Below, piece after piece: positions 56,047 through 64,000 of a stretch of DNA of 64,000 nt. Each line of letters opens with the position of its first letter. Position 1 is the first letter of the stretch. Made by a program: the position numbers and the translations under genes. This DNA comes from Camelus ferus. Its lineage: Eukaryota. The notes under the pieces were generated by a model. The model worked only from the letters and a program-made list of their open reading frames with translations, did no database searches and was not told the origin of the DNA. The stretch covers positions 67,704,001-67,768,000 of the forward strand of contig NC_045705.1 of assembly GCF_009834535.1 (NCBI RefSeq), given 5' to 3'.

Positions 56047-56400
56047 TAACTGAAATATTGTGTTGTGTATTTTTAGCAAAGTGATTCAATTATACATACA
56101 TACATATATATATATTCCTTTTCATGTTCTTTTTCATTATAGGCTATTACAAGGTGTTGGATATAGTTCCCTGTGCTCTACAATAGGGCCTTGTCATTTG
56201 TCTGTTTTATATATAGTAGTTAATATTTACAAAGCCCAAATCCCCAATTTATCCCTCTCCATTCTGTTTCTCTGCTGGTAACCGTAAGTTTGTTTTCTAT
56301 GTCTGTGAGTCCTTTTCTGTTTGTAAAATAAGTTTATTTGTATCCTTTTGTTTTTTTAGATTCCACACATAAGTGATATCATAGGTATTTTCCTTTCTGT
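56047..56400 (-). mobile_element. Short 5'-truncated L1 3' UTR insertion
   Basis: caaagtgattcaattatac...gatatagttccctgtgctctac...ttagattccacacataagtgatatcat; TSD-like GGATGTCTAGTTTT at 56401. Confidence 0.85.
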
Positions 56401-56658
56401 GGATGTCTAGTTTTAGAATAACACATGCGCTTATAAAATATTGAAGCAATAGAGACACGTGTCACATAGAGAATGCAGTTCCCCGTAGTCCACCCCACAG
56501 AACAGCTTTATGTCTTCCCAGCCTTTTTCCATGTACACCTAGTAGGTACACCCCAGTCTACTTTTTACTGTAAAATAGAGTGCTGCCCTCCCTGCCCACT
56601 CACCCCTCGGCCCCCAGACACTGACTTGCAGCCCCCTCCTCTGTTTGCCTCACTCCAG

Positions 56659-56858
56659 CGCCCACCACCTTCTTGCTGTTCAGCCAGAAATGTGCCATCA
56701 GCCGGATGATCCCGGACGACCAGCACAGCCCAGACCTTGTCCTGCCCCTGCATGGGCTGAGGAACGTCAAGGCCATCGACTATGACCCACTGGACAAGTT
56801 CATCTACTGGGTCGATGGGCGCCAGAACATCAAACGAGCCAAGGACGATGGGACCCAG
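56659..56858 (+). CDS. LRP5: LRP5 exon 13 (200 bp), start of propeller 4; GC donor
   Basis: ctccag|CGCCC acceptor; [16 protein letters not shown]...KRAKDDGTQ; only CAG|gcaagt joins directly to PFVL of exon 14. Confidence 0.96.
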
Positions 56859-58639
56859 GCAAGTGTGCCTGTCGGGGGCGCGGGGGCTTGGCGGGGCACT
56901 TCCAGGAGGAGCTTGCCCTGGCTGTTTCCAGGCTCCCCCTCCCTTAGTAGATGGGGTGCTGACAGCACAGTTTTGGGTAAACGATGATTTGGGCTCTGAT
57001 CTGTCATCAGTGGGTGTAAGGCTGAGCACTTTGCCTCCCTTGGAGTGTGATTATATGCGGAAACTGGAACGGATAGTTGTTTAAGTAGTGGCGGTGGATG
57101 TCAGACCCCATGGGATTTTTTTCCTTTCTACAGTGGTTTTGTGCAGGGTTAGTTGCTATTGGTTATTCTAGATTTATCTTTTATTTCACGTGAGTTGTAG
57201 AGTCAGTTCTGCTATAATGCAATGTACATGTTTCTGAAAATCACAGTGCTGTGCAACATCACACAGTACAGACCGTGAGGCTGGTGGGAGAAGGGGGGCT
57301 CGGCCTGCAGCACTCAAAACCCCGTCGGTGACACACTGAAAAGAAAGAGAGGAACCGGGCGATACAGGGGCACCTTCCTGCACGTGTTAAATGGTTTGGT
57401 ACACAAACGCTTCAGCGGATGTGGTGCTTGACCTTGGAAAGATCTGAGGTTGGCCGAGGACGTGGGGCTCGGAAGGTTGCAGCTTGTGGGTTTTTATGGA
57501 ACAGGGACAGGAGGACTGTCTGAGACAGGACGTACTGTAACTCCAGCGTGGATGGCGTGGCTCCTGACCGGCGGGAGCTGGGGGCCGTCAGGGGCGTGCG
57601 CGGCCGTGTGCCCCTGCCCGCGCTGTGCTGGGTGCGTGCTCTGCACTTGCCTGGTGGTTCTCTCGGGTGCAACTGTGCATCAGCAAACACGAAATCCGCG
57701 GTCTGCTCAAACTGTCCCTGAGGCAGCCCTGCATTGGAAAAAATACGTGTTTTCCAAATGTGAGTTCTAGCAGAACTGACTGCTTTTCTGTGTTAGGTTT
57801 TTGTGACCCTTTCCAGGAAGGAGATTGAGACTGCAGCCTCGAGGTGCACCCAGGGTACCCACCCGTGTGGCAGGGAACAGTGATCAGAATTCCATTAGTA
57901 CAGAATTTGAGGACACGCCTGGCTGGTCATGCCAGTTTCTAAAGACTCCTTTTACAAAGGCTGCAGGACCCAAACGTCTCTTTCTCAATCCAGTGATCAG
58001 TGTAACAGCTTATATCATCATGGTGAATTCTTGATCCTGTTACGACAGAGATTCAGAGGAATGCTCGTTGGTGGAGATTTTCTTCTATAACATAGCTGTT
58101 GCTGTTCCCTAACCTGAACTGGGCGCTAGTGCCGCCTGTACAGCTGGGCCTCACTTTGGACAGAGCCCTTCATCCAGCAACGACATAAAGTTAACAAGTC
58201 ATCCTTTGGCTTCCGTGTCCCTGGGTGATGGTAAAAGTCCCGGCTATGCCTGGGTGGCTGCGATCGTCCTCTCTGTGGGAGCAGAGCTGCCGGGTGGAAA
58301 GGGTGGAAATGGGTTTCTTTCATCCCACCTACAGCGCAGGTGACAGTCACTTCCACTCCTCTGGAGAATGGGAAGTGATAATTGATGAACCGTGGCTTCC
58401 CCTCTGAGAAAATGGCTGGGCGCAAATTGCCTTTAAGTCTCCCGGAGAGGCGTTTTTTGCATTCTTTTATAGCATCTGGCAAAAGAGGGAGGAAGACTTT
58501 GAAGAAAAAGCCCTTGCAGGAGCACTTAATTTGGAAAACGTTCGTTTCCCTCCCTGCTAAGCTCCATCCCTTGGTGGCTTTGATTGGGGGCCCCACACCA
58601 GCCTCAAGGGTAATGTTCTTAATTATTATCTCCTTGGTT

Positions 58640-59260
58640 GTTTTTTCCTATTTAATTTTTTTATTCTTTTATTGTGGTAAATATACATAAAACTTACCAT
58701 TTTAAACATTTGAAAGTGTACAGCTCAGTGGCATCAAGTACTTTCCTATTGTTGTGTGGCCATCATCACCCTCCATCTCCAGATGAAACTCTGTCCCCAT
58801 TAAACACTAACTCTCCGCTCCAGCTCAGTGGTAGAGGGCGTGCTTAGCATGCATGCAGTCCTGGGTTCAATCCCCAGTACCTCCATTAAGATAAATAAGT
58901 AAACCTTATTGCTGCCCTCCAATTTAAAAAAAAAAAACTTAAAAAAACCCCGTCTCCATTCCCTGCCCCCCAGTCCCTGGCACCCATCACCCTCCTTTCT
59001 GTTTCTCTGAATTTGACAGCTCTTAGGTGCTTCATGTGGGTAGAACTGCACAGTATTTGTCTTTCTGTGACTGGCTTACTTCACTTAGCATAATGTCCTC
59101 ACGGTTCATCCACATCATAGCAGGCGTCAGAATTTTCATCCTCTTTAAGGCTGAAGAGCGGTCCATTGTCTGTACAGAGTATGTTTTGCTTATCCGTCCA
59201 TCCGTCAGCGGCCACCTGAGTTGCACCCACCTTGGGGCCGTTGTGAGTATGCTACTGCAG
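58640..59260 (-). mobile_element. L1MB-type 3' end, interrupted by a SINE
   Basis: aaacttaccattttaa...gaaactctgtccccattaaacac...tgactggcttacttcacttagcataatgtcctc. Confidence 0.85.
58822..58946 (+). mobile_element. tRNA-Ala-derived SINE, copy 8 (5'-truncated)
   Basis: agctcagtggtagagggcgtgcttagcatgcatgcagtcctgggttcaatccccagtacctcc plus A-rich tail. Confidence 0.92.
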
Positions 59261-60238
59261 ACTTTCCCACTTGGTCGAGTACCACTCTGTACTGGTGAGG
59301 AGGAGGGGTGTTGTGATGCTGAGTAGGATTCCGCTCAGAAATTTCACACTGGCTGGAGCACTGTGACTTAGGTTAAAATGGGGCTGGGGTTCCATAAAGC
59401 TGGCCAGCCGTGTAGTTTGCTTCCTCGTTTTCGTCCGCCTGGGGAGGGATGCTGGCAGTGTGTCGTTACACGTGCCCCGCCCTCAGCTGGTGGTTCTGGG
59501 GACTGTGTGCCCGGCTCCCACATAACCACCCAACATCAGGAGCCTGACTCTGGCCCCGGCTGGCTGGAATCCTCTCCAGCTGGGTCCGAGAGGCTGGGCC
59601 TGGGGAAGGGGGCTTCTTTTTGGCTGCAAAGCCCCTCTTGCCTGCCTTCTTGTTTTATTAATCACTGGAAGGTGGTAGAGAAAGAGTCTGCAAGGAACTG
59701 TGATCAGAGCATCATTTTGAGATGATTCCCTTCTCACACAAAGGAACCTTTTATCCAAACATTTGGTGGCGGCAGCCCAGGTGTTTGGGAAGCCCCTTTG
59801 TGCCAGGTAAGGTCACCTGAGAACCTGAGAGAACCAGATCCACCAGGGAAACAGGCTGTGGCCTGTGAGGGAGATGAGGGAACCTGGGCTCCCTCCTCCT
59901 GCATCAGTTAATGAAACAGGGTCCCCTTTGAAGAGATTCTCTGTCGGTGGCTCTGAAAGCCAGGGCTCACCTGGAGACATTGCGAGCGGCACGGAGCCAG
60001 GCCAGTCTCTCTGGGGAGGCTGTGGGGTGGAGACCCGCAGGGAGTGTGGGAGGGAGAACAGGCACTGGGAGGTACGTGGGCTCCGGTGCTGCCAGGATGT
60101 GCTGTGGGGCAGCCCTGCACCCTCACCTGGCCTTGTACCCCTGGCCTCTCTCCCTCAGGGAAGAGGGCTGTGAGAGGTGGGCCTCTGTCCTGGACACCTG
60201 TTATCCTGACACCCTAAATTTAAAAGACAATAAGACTT

Positions 60239-60330
60239 GGTGGGAGGGTATAGGTCAGTGGTAGAGCTTATGCTTAGCATGCACGAGGTTCTGGGTTCAA
60301 TCCCCAGTATCCTCATTAAAAAAAAAAAAG
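60239..60330 (+). mobile_element. tRNA-Ala-derived SINE, copy 9 (short tail)
   Basis: A13 tail; TSD-like ACAATAAGACTT (60227-60238) vs ACAGTAAGATTT (60334-60345); TTT|AAAAG site upstream. Confidence 0.93.
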
Positions 60331-60722
60331 CAAACAGTAAGATTTGAGGGTCTTAATCCAAAAGCCTGAGTCCAAGGAAACAAGAAGAGAGAAAGTGTCT
60401 TGAGAGGGGGCTGTGATCCTGGGCCGACTGTCCAGCCGTCAGGTAGTCCTTCTGGATGTGCAGGACCAGGACGGCCAGTCTGTGTGGGGCTGCTGACAGC
60501 CAGGTGCAGTGCATTCCCTGATACCTGGGCCTGAATCTGAGTTACTGGGCGGGAGCTCTCTGGAGGCTGTTGAAAGAATCAGTTTCGCTCTCAGGTGGAC
60601 TTGTGGGTGAGCTGGTTTGAAAGGAAGGTACTTCAAGCAGGGCTGGGATTTTGACTTTTGGTCTGAACTCGGGCACTCAGGCCTCTGCCCTCCCTGAGTC
60701 TGTAGCCGGTACTCACTCCTGA

Positions 60723-61094
<372 letters not shown>

Positions 61095-61825
61095 TGAAGC
61101 AGGGCGAGGAAACACCAACTCATTGCTGGTCAGGGAAGCAGAGGCGTCCAGGAATGGACTTAACTGAAAGCCAGTGCAGGTGTGAGGGCTCTGCTGAGGG
61201 ACACAGGCAGGATGGAGTCCTGATTCATAGGTTTCGTACTGTCCCATCACACCCGAGCCCTATACAGCCGTCCCTCCCGCGGCATCAGGTGGTGGCGGGT
61301 CATGTCAGTTGCACGTGTTCTGCCATGGAGAGGTCACTGCCTAACCGGGAGCTTCTTCCTCCAGTGAAGCTCCCTGATGCTCACACAGTCAGCCCTCAGG
61401 TTCTCTGGAAGGTGGGAGAGTGCCTGGGATATGTTGACAGACATGGAGGGTCTCAAAGGGAAAGAAAGACAGAGCGGGAGGGGGCTTCAAAGCCACATGA
61501 CATGAGGTGTGGAAGTAAAGCAAATCACCTGAAGGTCAGGGGGCAGGAGGCGGGAGCACGGTGCCATCTCAGGTCCCCGCAAGGCTGGCATTCAAGGCGG
61601 GAATCAGACCCGTCGAGGCGCTGTGTGCCGGAGCTCATGCGTGGGATGGCTGGGCAGACCCGAGTTCACATCCTGACTCCATCCCTTACTGCCTGTGTGG
61701 CCTCAGGTAGGCGACCTCCCTTCTCAGGGATTCATTTCCCTCGTGAGGACCGCAGGCGTATCAGCCCTGCAGCACACGAGGGCTCAGTTATGTAAGGGGT
61801 TTTCAGGAACCAGAGGAGGAGGCCT

Positions 61826-62254
61826 GTACTAGTCCCTGGGGCCACTGCCACCAGTGACCACAAACTGAGGGCTTAAAACAGTGGATGTTTATCATCTCGC
61901 AGTTCCAGGGGCCAAAATCAAGGGTGGGCAGGGCCGCGCTCCCTCCAGAGGCTCTAGGCTTGCCTGCCTAGATCAACTAGGATCTCTCTAGATCCTGCCT
62001 GCCTCTCAGCTTCTGGCCCCAGGGGTTCTTTGACTCATGCCACACCCCTTCACTCTGCCTTCACCTTCACATTGGCTCCTTCTCTGGGCTGTGTGGCCTC
62101 TTCTCTTTCTTCTGAGGCCACTCTCATTGGTTTAAGACCCACCCCAACCCAGGTGGCCTCATCTTGATTACACCTGCAAAGACCTTTCCCAATGAGGTCC
62201 ATTCCGAGGCCCCAGGTAGATAGGAGGTCTTGGGGGACACTCTCCAGCCCCTAC
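61826..62254. mobile_element. MLT1B-like LTR
   Basis: ggcttaaaacag...ggccactctcattggtttaagacccacc...gattacacctgcaaagacctttccc. Confidence 0.85.
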
Positions 62255-62308
62255 AGGGCACGGCCTTTCAGCTTTGGGGGCTAGTCCTTAGAGGCCAGGG
62301 CTGTGTGA

Positions 62309-62821
<513 letters not shown>

Positions 62822-63274
62822 TGATCCCTATGTGGCAGAGGCAGCTGAGGTTCAGCGAGGGTGTGCTAGCTGCCCAGGGTCCCCCAGCGTGGGGCAGAGC
62901 AGGAGTCTGACGCCTCCACCTCCAGAACACACTCTTCCAGCTGCTTTGGCTGCCTTAGTTCGGGAGGCCCCTGGGCTGGAGAGGGGTGAGAGTCATTGCT
63001 TAGAGGGGCTTTTCTTCCAGAAGATGGGGTGGCCTGGGGCAAGGGAGCCACTGCAGGGGCCCATGGCTGGGGCTATGGCTCTGGTCCTGAGGCCAGCCTG
63101 GTGGAAGCAGGACTGTCTGAGGGCTGGTCTCAGATCTGCCTGATTCCAGCCCCCAGCCCTGGCCAGAGCCCAGAGTCCCCCAGGCTCCCTGGCAGCCTTC
63201 CATTCTCCCAAGTCGAGCGTGGGCCGAGCTCTTGGGGTCAGCCAGACTCAGGGAGTCCTCGTCCCTCCTGGCAG

Positions 63275-63484
63275 GGGCCAACCGCCTGACCCTGGAGGAC
63301 GCCAACATCGTGCAGCCTGTGGGCCTGACGGTGCTGGGCAGGCACCTGTACTGGATTGACCGCCAGCAGCAGATGATTGAGCGCGTGGAGAAGACAGTGG
63401 GGGCCGAGCGGATGCGAGTCCAGGGCCGTGTCGCCCACTTGACCGGCATTCACGCCGTGGAGGATGTCAGCCTGGAGGAGTTCT
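63275..63484 (+). CDS. LRP5: LRP5 exon 16 (210 bp), end of propeller 4
   Basis: tggcag|GGGCC, TTCT|gtacgt; [28 protein letters not shown]...SLEEF. Confidence 0.99.
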
Positions 63485-63699
63485 GTACGTAGGGGGCGGG
63501 CGGTGGGCAGCAGTATGTGCAGGGTCGCCAAGGGGAGGGTGTCTGCACAGAGCACAGCGACCCCTGAACTGGCCCCCTTGGAGAAAGACAGGAGGGTGGG
63601 CCGACGTGAGAGATGGAGGACTGAGGCCTGTTTTCTTCCTGGCTGTCGGTCAGGTCCACTCTCGGCTCCCAGAGACCACCCTCAGGTCCTCACCCTGTT

Positions 63700-63980
63700 C
63701 TCCCCTCCATCAGCAACAGATCAAACTTCTCTGGAGTGCTCTTATTCCAGCTGGAACCCACTCTGCTTTCCAAGGGCCTGCGATTAGATTCTGCCCACCT
63801 TTAGATTAGTCTGCCTTTTGATTGACTCCAAGCCAACTGATTAGCAACCTTAATTTCATCTGTAATTCCCTTCTGCCGAGTACAGTAACAAAACCACAAG
63901 CATGATGGCTCATCACATCCTCCCCAGCTGGGAAGTAGGGTGGGAAATTTGGGGGGCATTTTAGGATTCTGCTTACTACA
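63700..63980. mobile_element. MLT1E/F-like LTR fragment
   Basis: caaccttaatttcatctgtaattccc...gggcattttaggattctgcttactaca. Confidence 0.7.
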
Positions 63981-64000
63981 GCCTGGCTGTGCCCAGAGGA

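Noticed and set aside
56340-56348. U12-type donor consensus GTATCCTTT
   Set aside because: Lies inside an L1 3' UTR with no matching exon or U12 branch site identified; most likely a chance mutation

Overview
Mammalian genomic DNA spanning the middle of LRP5 (LDL-receptor-related protein 5, Wnt co-receptor) on the + strand. Exons 2-16 lie in the window (about codons 31-1213 in human numbering): YWTD beta-propellers 1-4 and EGF repeats 1-3. Exon 1 and exons 17-23 are outside. Every visible exon keeps the reading frame and matches the human exon lengths as I recall them. Exon 11 is mostly hidden in a 140-N gap, and intron 13 uses a GC donor. Introns carry old mammalian repeats (L1M, L2, MIR, MLT1, Tigger4, MER5/53/58) and nine copies of a tRNA-Ala(AGC)-derived SINE resembling camelid Vic-1, so the source is probably a camel, llama or alpaca. 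I found no new gene or unknown multi-gene system; the other long ORFs are GC-rich shadows or L1 debris. Best leads: a substitution cluster around R1188 in propeller 4, an extra Cys (human S954), the GC-AG intron, an inverted SINE pair with a poly(A)-signal cluster in intron 9, a tailless half-SINE, a nested SINE/L1 insertion with CpG-decayed target duplications, and a strong CTCF motif. Repeat family names and human/mouse residue comparisons come from memory, not from a search.
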